DNA of 64,000 nt from Pseudomonas aeruginosa PAO1 (lineage in GTDB: Bacteria; Pseudomonadota; Gammaproteobacteria; Pseudomonadales; Pseudomonadaceae): NCBI RefSeq assembly GCF_000006765.1, contig NC_002516.2; one strand, given 5' to 3'. The notes under the pieces were generated by a model. It made no database searches. It had not been told where the DNA came from and worked only from the letters and a program-made list of their open reading frames with translations. Positions 1 to 25,865 of this stretch are shown here, piece by piece. Position numbers and translations under genes: made by a program. Numbering within the stretch: the first letter of the stretch is position 1; each line of letters starts with the position of its first letter.

Positions 1-1062
1 CCACGCCTACCGGCAGCAGGTTCAACTGCCCGTCGAGGATGTAGCCGCTACGGTTGCCCAGCAGCGTACCGATCGGCATGTAGGCCGCGCCGCAGGCATC
101 GCCCGCTCGCGCTTTCCACAGCAGCGGCGTCACCACCGTCTCGGTCGGGCCGTAGCCGTTGAACAGGTACTTCGGCTTCAGCGCCCGCCACGCCAGGTCA
201 TAGCTGGCCTGCGCCACCGCGTCGCCGCCGAAGCAATAGACCCGTACCGGCGGCGGATTGCCGTCGCGCTCGGCATGCTCGGCCAGTTGCTGCAGGTACA
301 CCGGCGGGAACACCCCCACCGTTACCCCGTGGCGATGCATCTCGGCGTAGGTCCGTTCCGGCAGCCACAGGCTGTCGTCGCGGATCAGCACCCGCGCACC
401 GTTGATCAACGGGTGCATCCAGCCTTCGTGGGAACCGTCGAAGGCGAACGACATGAAGTGCAGCTCGCAGTCCTCCGGGGTCATCTCGTAGCGCTCGCCG
501 GTAGCCACGATATGGGCGATCAACGGACCGTGGGACACCGCCACGCCCTTGGGCATGCCGGTGGAGCCGGAGGTGTAGATCACATAGGCCAGGTTGTCGC
601 CGTGCAGCGCCACCTCTGGATCATGGGCGGGGAAGCCGGCCCACTCCTCCTCGCGATCCACGGACAGACAGGACAACCCCTCGGGGATCGGCAGACGCTC
701 CAGCAGGTGGCTATGGGTCAGCAGCAGGTGCGCGCGACTGTCCTGCATCATGTACAGCAGGCGCTCGCGCGGGTATTCGATATCCAGCGGCACGTAGGCG
801 CCGCCGGCCTTCAGTACCGCCAGGAACGCCACCATGATCTCCGCACTGCGCTGCATGGCGATCGCCACCCGCACCTCGGGGCCAACGCCTCGGGCGATCA
901 ATGCATGGGCCAGGCGGTTGGCCCGGTTATCCAGTTCGGCGTAGGTGAGCTTTTCCTCGTCGAAGATCACCGCCACCGCATCCGGCGCCATACGCGCCCG
1001 CTCGGCCACTCGCTGGTGTACCAGCGGCGTTGCCGGATAGCCCGAGTCGCTGCGGTTCCAGA
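1..1062. repeat. Repeat B copy 1 (fOHOrn A domain, pvdJ), continues past window edge
   Basis: Near-identical by eye to 6544-7605 (offset 6543); identity ends at the W-N codons of the C-A linker. Confidence 0.92.
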
Positions 1063-4000
1063 GCTGCCCGATGACTTCGCGCTCCTCGCGGTCGAGCATG
1101 TCCAGCTCTCCCAGGCGAGCGTCAGGCATCGCCAGGATCGCATCCAGCAGGTTCTGCCAATGCCGTACCAGGCGCTCTGCGGTCGAAGCATCGAATAGAT
1201 CGGTCGCATAGACCAGCGCCGCCCAGATGTCCGACTCGGACTCACAGGTATCCAGCACCAGGTCGAACTGCGCCGTATGGCTTTCCCACGCCTGCTCTTC
1301 GATGCTCAGTCCCGCGACTTCCGGCAAGCCGTGCTCGCCCCGCTCCGCCTGGTAGTTGAATAGCACCTGGAACAGCGGGCTGTGGCTGAGACTGCGCTCC
1401 GGTTGCAAGGCTTCCACCAGTTGCTCGAACGGCAAGTCCTGGTGCGCCTGCGCCTCCAGCGAGCGCTGGCGAACCTGGTGCAGCAATCGGTCGAACCCCA
1501 TCTGCCCATCGATGTCGGCCTTGAGCACCTGGGTGTTGACGAAGAACCCGATCAGTCGCTCGGTTTCGACCCGGTTGCGATTGGCGACCGGCACGCCGAC
1601 ACGGATATCCGACTGACCGCTGTAGCGATACAGCAGCGCCTGGAACGATGCCAGCAGCAACATGAAGGTACTCGCACCCTGCCGTTGGGCAAGCGCCTTC
1701 AGCCGCCTGGCCCGCTCGGCGCCGAGTTCGAACTCCAGCCGCGCGCCGCGAAAGCTCTGCTCCGCAGGACGGGGACGATCGAACGGCAGCTCCAGCACCG
1801 GCTGTTCGCCACCCAGCAGGCCGATCCAGTACGCCAACTGGCGCTCCCTCTCTCCGGCCTCCATCCATTCGCGCTGCCAGACGGCATAGTCCGGATACTG
1901 TATCGGCAGCGCCGGCAGGGCCGCTTCGCGCCCCTGGCTGTAGGCGGCATAGAGCTGGACCAGCTCTTCGACCATCAACTGCATCGACCAACCGTCGGAG
2001 ACGATATGGTGCTGGACCATGACCAGCACATGGTCATTCGGAGCCACTTCGAACAGACTGATCCGCAGCAACGCATCCGTCCGTAGGTCGAAGGGCCTGG
2101 CCATCTCCGCTTCGACTGCCGCCCTGAGCGACGCGTCATCGACATTCGCCAGGTTATGCCGGGAAACCTGCAACTGCCCATCGGCGTCCACCACCTGAAC
2201 GGTACGCAGGCCTTCCTGGCGGAAGCGGGTACGCAACGACTCGTGACGCTGTGCGAGGCGCTCGAAACTGCGCTGTAGCGCGACGACATCGAGGCCGCCG
2301 CGCAAGCGCAGGGCGGCGGGAATGTGATAGGCCGCGCTCTCCGGTTCCAATTGCCAGAGGAACCACTGGCGCTCCTGTGCATAGGACAACGGCAGCGGCT
2401 GCTCGCGGGTAACGGGCGTGATCGGCGGAACCTCCGCCGGTTTCTCGCCCAGGCTCTCGACGAATCCCTGCAGGACCGGCTGCTCGAAAAGGCTCTTCAG
2501 GCTGACTTCGATACCGAGATCCTGGCGAATCCGCGAGACCAGGCGCGTCGCCAGCAGCGAGTGTCCGCCCAATTCGAAGAAGTTGTCGGTCAGGCCGACC
2601 CGTTCGACGCCCAGCAACTCGCCCCATATCGCGGCCACGTCTTTCTCCAGCGCGCTCGCCGGCGCCATGTGGTCGCGTTGCATCAGGCCGGCATCCGGCT
2701 TCGGCAGCGCCCGACGGTCCAGCTTGCCATTTGGACTGAGCGGCATCCGCTCGAGGAACAGCAGGTGCGAGGGCACCATGTAGTCCGGTAGCGAGGCCCG
2801 TAGCGCTGTGCGGATACGCTCGCGCAAAGCCGGCTGGCGAGTTTCGTCCTCGCCCCCCTCAGCCACCAGGTAGGCCACCAGTTGACCGTCCAGCGCAAGA
2901 GCCGCCGCTTCGCGTATTCCCTCCAAGTCCAGGAGGCGGGCTTCGACCTCCCCCAGCTCGATGCGGAAGCCGCGGATCTTCACCTGATGGTCGGCACGCC
3001 CCATGTACTCGATCACGCCGTCACCGCGTCGGCGCGCCAGGTCGCCGGTCCGGTAGAGCCTTGAGCCCGGTTCGCCGAAGGGGTCGGGCAAGAAGCGCTC
3101 GGCGGTCAAGCCGGGCCGATCGTGGTAGGCACGGGCCAGCCCGGCACGGCTGGCGATATAAAGCTCGCCTACCGGCCCTACGGGCAGTAGGCCGAGATGT
3201 TCATCCAGCACCAGCAACGTACGGCCGGGTAGCGCCTGGCCGATAGGACTGGCATTGCCCACCCGGGCGTTCTCGGCGGAACAATCGAAGACGCTGGACA
3301 CCACCGTGGCCTCGGTCGGTCCATAGGTATTGAGCAACCTCACCCGGCCCATGCCGGCTTGCCGCCAGAGCTTCGGCCCCTCCAGTGGCATGGCTTCGCC
3401 ACCGATGTGGATCTGCCGCAAGGCACCGTAGGAACGCCGTGGCTCGGCCAGGGCATCGAGCAGGAACAGGTTCCAGTACGCCGTGGGCAGGTCGGCAAGG
3501 GTCACGCCCTGCTCGACTATCTGCCGATACAGCTCACCGGTATCCCAGAGGTCGCCGCCACGCAGGACCACGCAGGCACCACGGGTCAGCGCCGGATAGA
3601 GCTGTTCGACGAAGCCGTCGAAGCTCAGGGTGGCGAACTGCAATATCCGATCCTCCGGGGTGAGCGCGGAATAACCACTGGCGATACGCGAGAACTGCGC
3701 AAGCGCCGCATGGCTGATGGCCACGCCCTTGGGTTTTCCGGTGGAGCCGGAGGTGTAGATCACATAGGCCAGGTTCTCCGGCCGCAGGTTCACCACCGGA
3801 TCATCCGTAGACACCGATGCGTCCCGTTCCAGGCGGTCGATGGAGAGCACCTCCAGCCCTTCGTGCAAAGGCAGCCCGGGCAGCAAATGCTCCTGGCTGA
3901 GCAACAGGCCGACGGCGCTGTCCTCGAGCATGTGACGCAAACGGTCCTGCGGATAGGTCGGGTCCAGCGGCACATAGGCACCACCGGCCTTGAGGATCGC

Positions 4001-5725
4001 CAGCAGACCGACCACCATGTCCAGCGAGCGCTCGACGGCGATTCCCACCAGCACATCGGGACCGACGCCACGCGCTATCAGGCAGTGAGCCAGACGATTG
4101 GCGCGGGCGTTGAGCTCGGCGTAGCTCAAGGCCTGCCCCTCCAGCGCCAGTGCTTGCGCCTGCGGACGCAGACGGGCCTGCTCCTGGATCTGCAACTGGA
4201 CCAGGGGCGGCAACCCACCCTCGTCGGCGTTCTCTGCCCAGGCCCGCGACAGGCAATCGCGCTCCTCGTCCAGCAACAGCGGCAACTCGGCGACCGGCCG
4301 GCCCGGTTCGGCCACGATGCCGCGCAGGAGATTCTGCCAGTGCCGAGCCAGGCGCTCGACGGTCGAGGCCTCGAACAGATCCGTGGCATAGCCGAACGAT
4401 GCCCAGATACCGTCCTCGGCCTCGTGCACGTCCAGCGTCAGGTCGAAGGCCACGGAGCTGCTCCGCCACTCCATCCGCTCCAGCGACAGGCCTGGCAGTT
4501 GCACGCCCTGGTTGGCCGAACGAGAGTCGGCCTGGTGATTGAACATGACCTGGAACAACGGGTTGTGGCCGAGGCTGCGTTCCGGCTGCAAAGCCTCCAC
4601 CAGTTGCTCGAACGGCAGGTCCTGGTGAGCCTGTGCCTCCAGCGCGCGCTGGCGGGCCTGGGCCAGCAACTCGTCGAAACCCATCCGGCCATTGATGTCG
4701 GCCTTGAGCACCTGGGTGTTGACGAAGAAACCGATCAGCCGCTCGGTTTCAACCCGGTTACGGTTGGCGATAGGCACGCCGACACGGATATCCGCCTGTC
4801 CGCTATAGCGATGCAACAGCGCCTGGAAGGAAGCCAGCAACAGCATGAACATGGTCACACCCTTGCGCTGAACCAGCTGTTTCAAGGCAAGGGCCAGGTG
4901 TGGCTCCAGCTCCAGGTCCAATTGCGCTCCACGATAGCTGCGCAGCGGCTGCCGCGGGTGATCGAGGGGCAACTCGATCACCGGCTGCTCGCCGCCCAGC
5001 AGGCCGGTCCAGTACGCCAACTGGCGCTCCTTTTCCCCCGCCTCCATCCAGCTGCGCTGCCACAGGGCGTAGTCCGCGTACTGGATCGGCAGGGCCGGCA
5101 ACACCACGTCGAGCCCTTGGCTATAGGCGGCATAGAGCTGGACCAGTTCCTCGACCATCAATTGCATCGACCAACCGTCGGAGACGATATGGTGCTGGAC
5201 CATGACCAGCACATGCTCGTCGGCGTCCACCTCCAGCAAAGTCACCCGCAGTAACGGTCCCTGTTCGAGATCGAAGGGTCGTGCGATCTCCGCCTCGACC
5301 CGCTCCAGCAATCGCTGTTCGTCGAGTCCCCGTTGCACTTCGACTTCGAGCGCCAGCGAGACGTCGGCGGAGACGACCTGCACCCATTCATCACCCATCC
5401 GCGCGATCCGCGTGCGCAGGCTTTCGTGCCGCTCGACGAGCGCCGCGAAGCTGCGCTGCAAGGACGCAATGTCCAACCTGCCGCGCAGGCGCAGGGCGGT
5501 AGGAATGTGGTAGGCGGAACTCTCCGGCTCCAGCTGCCAGAGGAACCACTGCCGCTCTTGGGCATAGGACAGCGGCAGGTTGTCCATCTCCTGGCGAGTC
5601 TGCGGGATCGGCAGGCGGGCGAAGCTCATGCCCTTGGCCTGGACACGCTGATAGAACAATTTCTGCTGCGCCAGAGGCAGGCGAACGAAGCGGGACACGA
5701 GGTCCAGGTTTGGATTGGAAAGCAT
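1..5725 (-). CDS. pvdJ: Pyoverdine NRPS PvdJ, C-A(Lys)-T-C-A(fOHOrn)..., 3' end outside window
   Basis: ATG at 5725 (MLSNPNLDLVSRFVRLP...), 3 nt after the pvdI stop. Absent from the ORF track because this frame has no stop before the edge; no minus-strand ORF in this frame is listed. C motifs QHHIVSDGW; hand-read A codes DGEDHGTVVK (Lys) and DGEVCGGVTK (formyl-hydroxyornithine). Confidence 0.93.
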   Translation of the reverse strand, partial: MLSNPNLDLVSRFVRLPLAQQKLFYQRVQAKGMSFARLPIPQTRQEMDNLPLSYAQERQWFLWQLEPESSAYHIPTALRLRGRLDIASLQRSFAALVERHESLRTRIARMGDEWVQVVSADVSLALEVEVQRGLDEQRLLERVEAEIARPFDLEQGPLLRVTLLEVDADEHVLVMVQHHIVSDGWSMQLMVEELVQLYAAYSQGLDVVLPALPIQYADYALWQRSWMEAGEKERQLAYWTGLLGGEQPVIELPLDHPRQPLRSYRGAQLDLELEPHLALALKQLVQRKGVTMFMLLLASFQALLHRYSGQADIRVGVPIANRNRVETERLIGFFVNTQVLKADINGRMGFDELLAQARQRALEAQAHQDLPFEQLVEALQPERSLGHNPLFQVMFNHQADSRSANQGVQLPGLSLERMEWRSSSVAFDLTLDVHEAEDGIWASFGYATDLFEASTVERLARHWQNLLRGIVAEPGRPVAELPLLLDEERDCLSRAWAENADEGGLPPLVQLQIQEQARLRPQAQALALEGQALSYAELNARANRLAHCLIARGVGPDVLVGIAVERSLDMVVGLLAILKAGGAYVPLDPTYPQDRLRHMLEDSAVGLLLSQEHLLPGLPLHEGLEVLSIDRLERDASVSTDDPVVNLRPENLAYVIYTSGSTGKPKGVAISHAALAQFSRIASGYSALTPEDRILQFATLSFDGFVEQLYPALTRGACVVLRGGDLWDTGELYRQIVEQGVTLADLPTAYWNLFLLDALAEPRRSYGALRQIHIGGEAMPLEGPKLWRQAGMGRVRLLNTYGPTEATVVSSVFDCSAENARVGNASPIGQALPGRTLLVLDEHLGLLPVGPVGELYIASRAGLARAYHDRPGLTAERFLPDPFGEPGSRLYRTGDLARRRGDGVIEYMGRADHQVKIRGFRIELGEVEARLLDLEGIREAAALALDGQLVAYLVAEGGEDETRQPALRERIRTALRASLPDYMVPSHLLFLERMPLSPNGKLDRRALPKPDAGLMQRDHMAPASALEKDVAAIWGELLGVERVGLTDNFFELGGHSLLATRLVSRIRQDLGIEVSLKSLFEQPVLQGFVESLGEKPAEVPPITPVTREQPLPLSYAQERQWFLWQLEPESAAYHIPAALRLRGGLDVVALQRSFERLAQRHESLRTRFRQEGLRTVQVVDADGQLQVSRHNLANVDDASLRAAVEAEMARPFDLRTDALLRISLFEVAPNDHVLVMVQHHIVSDGWSMQLMVEELVQLYAAYSQGREAALPALPIQYPDYAVWQREWMEAGERERQLAYWIGLLGGEQPVLELPFDRPRPAEQSFRGARLEFELGAERARRLKALAQRQGASTFMLLLASFQALLYRYSGQSDIRVGVPVANRNRVETERLIGFFVNTQVLKADIDGQMGFDRLLHQVRQRSLEAQAHQDLPFEQLVEALQPERSLSHSPLFQVLFNYQAERGEHGLPEVAGLSIEEQAWESHTAQFDLVLDTCESESDIWAALVYATDLFDASTAERLVRHWQNLLDAILAMPDARLGELDMLDREEREVIGQLWNRSDSGYPATPLVHQRVAERARMAPDAVAVIFDEEKLTYAELDNRANRLAHALIARGVGPEVRVAIAMQRSAEIMVAFLAVLKAGGAYVPLDIEYPRERLLYMMQDSRAHLLLTHSHLLERLPIPEGLSCLSVDREEEWAGFPAHDPEVALHGDNLAYVIYTSGSTGMPKGVAVSHGPLIAHIVATGERYEMTPEDCELHFMSFAFDGSHEGWMHPLINGARVLIRDDSLWLPERTYAEMHRHGVTVGVFPPVYLQQLAEHAERDGNPPPVRVYCFGGDAVAQASYDLAWRALKPKYLFNGYGPTETVVTPLLWKARAGDACGAAYMPIGTLLGNRSGYILDGQLNLLPVGV

Positions 5726-5728
5726 GGG

Positions 5729-21196
<15,468 letters not shown>

Positions 21197-21233
21197 ATGG
21201 GCAACGAGCGCGGGGCTCGGTCATTCATGTGAA

Positions 21234-21257
21234 ACGGACGACACATCGTGAAAATTA
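21234..21257 (-). promoter_or_regulatory. PvdS-dependent promoter (iron-starvation box) of pvdI
   Basis: Minus strand TAATT-N16-CGTT versus PvdS consensus TAAAT-N16-CGT, ~40 bp upstream of the ATG. Confidence 0.75.
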
Positions 21258-21496
21258 ACCGGACAGCGACTTCCGGTCGCACCTTGGCCGATCGGTTTTT
21301 TTGCATAGCCATCAGGCGTTTACGGAAGCCCTCGGACAAGCCGCCGGCACCAGGCTGAAAGCAACTGCGAAACATTTGCTTTCATCTTCCCCTTCAGGTT
21401 CTACCGGCCTCATTCGTCCTATATGGATGAACGGGGCGCATCCAGTCCCCGCAACCCTTGGTCGGTGCCCACGACCCCTAACCTACCGTTAGCCTC

Positions 21497-22708
21497 ATGT
21501 CGAAAAAGTCCCGCTCCAGACTCTGGTTCCTCGTCCACAGCTGGCTGGCCCTGCCCATCTGGTTCTTCGTCCTGATCGTCTGCGTCACCGGCACCCTGGC
21601 GGTGGTCAGCCAGGAGATCGTCTGGCTGGCCAACCCGGACGTCCGGGCCAGCAAGCCCTACGAAGATGCCGAGCCGCTCAGCTTCAGCCAGGTCCTGAAG
21701 GCGATCAACGAAGCCCAACCGGACCTCCTGGTCGAATCCATCCAGCGCCCCGACGAAGAGCATTTCGCCCTTACTGCCGAGGTCAGCTATCCCGGCGGCA
21801 GCGAGGCGACCCTGTACATCAACCCCTACACCGGCGCCATCCAGGGCGAAAGCCCCTCCTTCGACTTTCGTCAGTTCACCCGTGCCCTGCACGGATGGTG
21901 GCTGGTTCCGTTCAACAACGGCTACAGCTGGGGCTGGTACATGGTCTCGCTGCTCGGCCTCCCCATGCTGGCATCGCTCATCACCGGGCTGGTGGTCTAT
22001 AAACGATTCTGGAAGGGCTTTCTCAAACCCAGATTACGCATCAACCAGGGCGCCCGGATCTTCTGGGGCGACTTCCATCGCCTGAGCGGCATCTGGTCGA
22101 TCTGGTTCATCGCCCTGATTTCCATCACCGGCACCTGGTTCCTGATCCAGGCCATCCTTGCCGACAACCACGTCACCCTGACCAACGACGGCATCCCTCC
22201 GGTCATCGCACGCGCCGACGTGCCCCGCGCCGCACCCGGTCAGAAGGTTCCATACATCGAGCTGGACGAGGCGGTGCGGCTCGTCACCGGGCGTATCCCC
22301 AGCCTGGAGGCCAGCGCGGTGTTCCTGCCCGGCAACGCCTACAGCCCGATGTTCGTGGCCGGACGCGGCTGGTATCCGCTCATGTTCCAGTCGGCCGCGC
22401 TGAACCCTTATACCGGCAAGATCGAAACCACCCGCCTGCTCAGCGACCGTACCCCCCTGCAGTTCGTCACCGAATCCATGCGTCCCCTGCACACCGGCGA
22501 TTTCGGCGGTATCTGGGTCAAGCTGATCTGGTTCGTCTTCGGCCTGCTGCTGAGCATGATGGTGCTCAGCGGCCTGCTGATCTGGAGCAAGCGCACCGCA
22601 CAGGCCACCGCCGCGCTGGTCAAGCGCGGCAAGCGCCCGGCGCGCCAGCCGAAACCGGCCAAGCCGGCGCCGGTAATGGCCAACCAGACCGCGGAGGGAC
22701 AGCCATGA
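21497..22708 (+). CDS. fpvG: PepSY-associated TM helix protein, ferripyoverdine reductase FpvG
   Basis: VHSWL, ALHGWW, FHRLSG and PLHTGDFGG His motifs in TM helices; position divergent from pvdI. Confidence 0.88.
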   Translation: MSKKSRSRLWFLVHSWLALPIWFFVLIVCVTGTLAVVSQEIVWLANPDVRASKPYEDAEPLSFSQVLKAINEAQPDLLVESIQRPDEEHFALTAEVSYPGGSEATLYINPYTGAIQGESPSFDFRQFTRALHGWWLVPFNNGYSWGWYMVSLLGLPMLASLITGLVVYKRFWKGFLKPRLRINQGARIFWGDFHRLSGIWSIWFIALISITGTWFLIQAILADNHVTLTNDGIPPVIARADVPRAAPGQKVPYIELDEAVRLVTGRIPSLEASAVFLPGNAYSPMFVAGRGWYPLMFQSAALNPYTGKIETTRLLSDRTPLQFVTESMRPLHTGDFGGIWVKLIWFVFGLLLSMMVLSGLLIWSKRTAQATAALVKRGKRPARQPKPAKPAPVMANQTAEGQP

Positions 22709-23244
22709 GCAAGGCCGCCGTTGCCCAGCCCGTTTCGCCGCTGCGCCAGTTCTGGCTGCGCTGGCGTTTCCACCTGAACGTTCTGCTGATCCTGATCCCG
22801 CTCGGTTTCATGCCGCGTTATTTCGCCGACATGGCGTTGTTCTCTGGCAGCAGCGGACTGGGTGAACGCGAGATCGGCGAAGTCCAGGTAGGCCCCTGGA
22901 GTCTCAAGCTCGCCGAATGGCGTATCGAACCGCCGCACGACGAAGGCCCCGCCGGCTTCATGAAGGACTTCAATGCCGCCCTCTGCCAGGCCTGCATTCC
23001 CCAGGTCAAGGCGACCTACCTGCGCATCGGCAAGCCGCGCAGCCTGCGTGCCGCCGGGGTGATCTTCTTCGGCAGCCCCTACCGCATGGGCACCAGCGTG
23101 CCGATCCCGCCGCGCACCCGGCCCGATGCCGAGCTGTGGATCACCATGGAAGGTTGGGACGGCTCCATGCACCAGGCTTCCATTCCCCTGGCCGAGGCAT
23201 CCCCCGCCACCGTGGCCTGGCTGAACAAACGAGGTAAGCAATGA
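22705..23244 (+). CDS. fpvH: Inner-membrane protein FpvH
   Basis: ATGA overlap with fpvG; one N-terminal TM segment; synteny. Confidence 0.8.
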   Translation: MSKAAVAQPVSPLRQFWLRWRFHLNVLLILIPLGFMPRYFADMALFSGSSGLGEREIGEVQVGPWSLKLAEWRIEPPHDEGPAGFMKDFNAALCQACIPQVKATYLRIGKPRSLRAAGVIFFGSPYRMGTSVPIPPRTRPDAELWITMEGWDGSMHQASIPLAEASPATVAWLNKRGKQ

Positions 23245-23570
23245 GCATCCACACCCGCCCCTGGCGCCTGCCCCTGGCCGCCCTGTTGCTCGGCCTGAGC
23301 GGCGCGGCCCTGGCGCACAACCCGATCTGCGAATGCGAGGAAGTGCAGGCCGGCGAGATCCGCTGCAAGGGCGGCTTCTCCGACGGCAGCGGCGCCCCCG
23401 GCGTAACCCTCGACGTGATCGGCTACGACGAGCAGATCCTGGTTCCCGGCAAGCTCGGCGCCGACTCGACCCTGACCTTCAAGCGTCCCGACGGCGAGTT
23501 CTACGTGCTGTTCGACGCCGGCCCCGGCCACGTGGTGGAAATCGACCACGCCGACATCGCCGCGCCATGA
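23241..23570 (+). CDS. fpvJ: Periplasmic protein FpvJ
   Basis: Signal peptide ending ALA-HNPICEC; ATGA overlaps; synteny. Confidence 0.8.
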   Translation: MSIHTRPWRLPLAALLLGLSGAALAHNPICECEEVQAGEIRCKGGFSDGSGAPGVTLDVIGYDEQILVPGKLGADSTLTFKRPDGEFYVLFDAGPGHVVEIDHADIAAP

Positions 23571-24127
23571 GCGTCGAAACCGTCCGCCCGGCCGGCGCCG
23601 GCCACGAGACCCTCTACGTACTGCTCGGCAGCGTGCTGATCCTGGCCCTCGCCGCCACGGTGGTCGGGCTGCGCCAGCAGTCCCATGAAGCGCAAGCCCT
23701 GGACGCCCACCAGGTGGACGCCCGGCTCGACCTGAATGCCGCCGAACAGGGCATCTATGCCGACCTGCAGGTCGCCGCCGAAGACATCCAGGCGCGCCTG
23801 GACGACGGCGAAGCCGCGCCCTCCGTCGACGAACTGGCCGCCGAGGGCTTCCCGCCCTTCGTCGCCGACGTCGCCGCGAGCAGCCGCGGCGAGCACCGCT
23901 GGAGCCACGGCGAAACCGCCGGGCGTCCGAGCTACCTGGGCGTCAGCGGCAAGCCCGAGGTGGCCGGCTCGTTCCTCCTGCTGCTCGGCCCCGCCGAAGT
24001 CTGGCTGAAGCCCGCCGCGGCCGCTGCCGGCGCCGTACCGGGCGACGCCCGCGCCCTGGCCGACGCCGGCTGGCGCCAGGTGGTCAGCCGCTTCGACGCC
24101 GGCGTGACCCGTCAGCACCGCCATTGA
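23567..24127 (+). CDS. fpvK: Inner-membrane protein FpvK (186 aa, MSVETVRPAG...)
   Basis: Internal ATG of track ORF 23333..24127 overlapping the fpvJ stop (ATGA); one TM segment; synteny. Confidence 0.78.
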   Translation: MSVETVRPAGAGHETLYVLLGSVLILALAATVVGLRQQSHEAQALDAHQVDARLDLNAAEQGIYADLQVAAEDIQARLDDGEAAPSVDELAAEGFPPFVADVAASSRGEHRWSHGETAGRPSYLGVSGKPEVAGSFLLLLGPAEVWLKPAAAAAGAVPGDARALADAGWRQVVSRFDAGVTRQHRH

Positions 24128-24159
24128 TCGCACATCGACTCCACAGAAGGCGTTTTTCC

Positions 24160-25113
24160 ATGCTGTTCTCCCGTCGCTCATCCCGTCCGCGCGGCCTCGC
24201 CGCCCTCCTCCCGGGCCGTGCCCTGCTGGCCGCCCTGCTGCTGGCCCTGCTCGCCCCGCTGGCCCAGGCCGAAGACGGCAAACGCCTGCGCATCGGCATC
24301 ACCCTGCATCCCTACTACAGCTACGTGAGCAACATCGTCGGCGACAAGGCCGAGGTGGTGCCGCTGATCCCCGCCGGTTTCAACCCGCATGCCTACGAGC
24401 CGCGCGCCGAGGACATCAAGCGCATCGGCACGCTCGACGTGGTGGTGCTCAACGGCGTCGGCCACGACGATTTCGCCGAGCGCATGATCGCCTCCAGCGA
24501 AAAGCCCGGCATCCCGGTGATCGAGGCGAACGCCAAGGTGCCGCTGCTGGCCGCCACCGGCATGGCCGCGCGCGGCGCCGGCAAGGTGGTCAACCCGCAT
24601 ACCTTCCTGTCCATCAGCGCCTCGATCACCCAGGTCAACACCATCGCCCGCGAACTGGGCAAGCTCGACCCGGCCAACGCCAAGGCCTACACCCGCAACG
24701 CCCGGGCCTACGCCAAGCGCCTGCGGGCCCTGCGCGCCGACGCCCTGGCGCGGCTGAACAAGGCCCCGGCCGCCGACTTCCGCGTCGCCACCATCCACGG
24801 CGCCTACGACTACCTGCTGCGCGAATTCGGCCTGGAAGTCACCGCCGTGGTCGAGCCGGCCCACGGCATCGAGCCGAGTCCGAGCCAGTTGAAGAAGACC
24901 ATCGACCAGCTCAAGGCGCTGGACGTGAAGGTGATCTTCTCCGAGATCGACTTCCCCTCCACCTATGTCGAGACCATCCAGCGCGAGTCCGGGGTGAAGC
25001 TCTATTCGCTGTCGCACATTTCCTATGGCGACTACAGCGCCGGCAAGTACGAGGAAGAAATGGCGCGCAACCTCGACACCGTGGTCCGCGCCATCCAGGA
25101 GTCCGGCGCATGA
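24160..25113 (+). CDS. fpvC: Metal ABC transporter substrate-binding protein FpvC
   Basis: ZnuA/TroA-type motifs NPHAYEP, NPHTFLS, TIHGAYDY; signal peptide. Confidence 0.88.
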   Translation: MLFSRRSSRPRGLAALLPGRALLAALLLALLAPLAQAEDGKRLRIGITLHPYYSYVSNIVGDKAEVVPLIPAGFNPHAYEPRAEDIKRIGTLDVVVLNGVGHDDFAERMIASSEKPGIPVIEANAKVPLLAATGMAARGAGKVVNPHTFLSISASITQVNTIARELGKLDPANAKAYTRNARAYAKRLRALRADALARLNKAPAADFRVATIHGAYDYLLREFGLEVTAVVEPAHGIEPSPSQLKKTIDQLKALDVKVIFSEIDFPSTYVETIQRESGVKLYSLSHISYGDYSAGKYEEEMARNLDTVVRAIQESGA

Positions 25114-25865
25114 CCGTAGCCGAACGGCTTTGCGCCACGCCTTGCGGGCCGGTCATCGAGTTCGCCGGGATCGACCTGAGCCTCGGCGGCAGCCGCATCC
25201 TCGATGGCGTGCGCCTGCGCGTCGAGGCCGGCAGCGTGCACGCGCTGGTCGGACCGAACGGCGGCGGCAAGAGTTCGCTGGTCAAGACCCTGCTCGGGCA
25301 GATGCCGCATCGCGGCGAGCTGCGCCTGGAGTGGCCCGGCGCGCCCGGCTGCATCGGCTACGTGCCGCAGGCGCTGGAGTTCGACCGCGGCCTGCCGCTC
25401 ACCGTCGACGATTTCATGGCCGCCATGTGCCAGCGCCGTCCGGCCTTCCTCGGCCTGTCGCGCAGCCGGCGCCCGGCGATCGACGCGGCCCTGGAACGGG
25501 TCGGCATGCTGGCCAAGCGCGGTCGGCGCATGGGCGCCCTCTCCGGCGGCGAGCGCCAGCGCGTGCTGCTGGCCCAGGGCCTGGTACCGCCGCCGCAACT
25601 GCTGGTGCTGGACGAACCGATGTCGGCCCTCGACGAGGGCGGCATCCAGGTCTTCGAGCGGCTGCTGCTGGACTGGCGCCAGGCCGGCGTCACCGTGCTC
25701 TGGATCGAGCACGACCTGGAGGCCGTCGGCCGCCTCGCCGACCGGGTCAGCGGTCTCAACCGCCACCTGCTGTTCGACGGTCCGGCGGCCAGCAGCCTGA
25801 CCCCGGAACGCCTGCTCACGCTGTTCTCCACCCAGCCCCGGAAGAACGCGGAGGCCAGTCGATGA
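25110..25865 (+). CDS. fpvD: ABC transporter ATPase FpvD
   Basis: Walker A GPNGGGKS, signature LSGGE, Walker B LVLDEP. Confidence 0.9.
   Translation: MTVAERLCATPCGPVIEFAGIDLSLGGSRILDGVRLRVEAGSVHALVGPNGGGKSSLVKTLLGQMPHRGELRLEWPGAPGCIGYVPQALEFDRGLPLTVDDFMAAMCQRRPAFLGLSRSRRPAIDAALERVGMLAKRGRRMGALSGGERQRVLLAQGLVPPPQLLVLDEPMSALDEGGIQVFERLLLDWRQAGVTVLWIEHDLEAVGRLADRVSGLNRHLLFDGPAASSLTPERLLTLFSTQPRKNAEASR

Noticed and set aside
1-5725. pvdJ missing from the ORF track, suggesting a pseudogene
   Set aside because: The frame reads open wherever checked and simply runs off the window edge; no stop-terminated ORF in this frame is listed.
21385-21420. PvdS box for fpvG (TCAGG-N16-CGTC)
   Set aside because: The -35 matches TAAAT too poorly to call.
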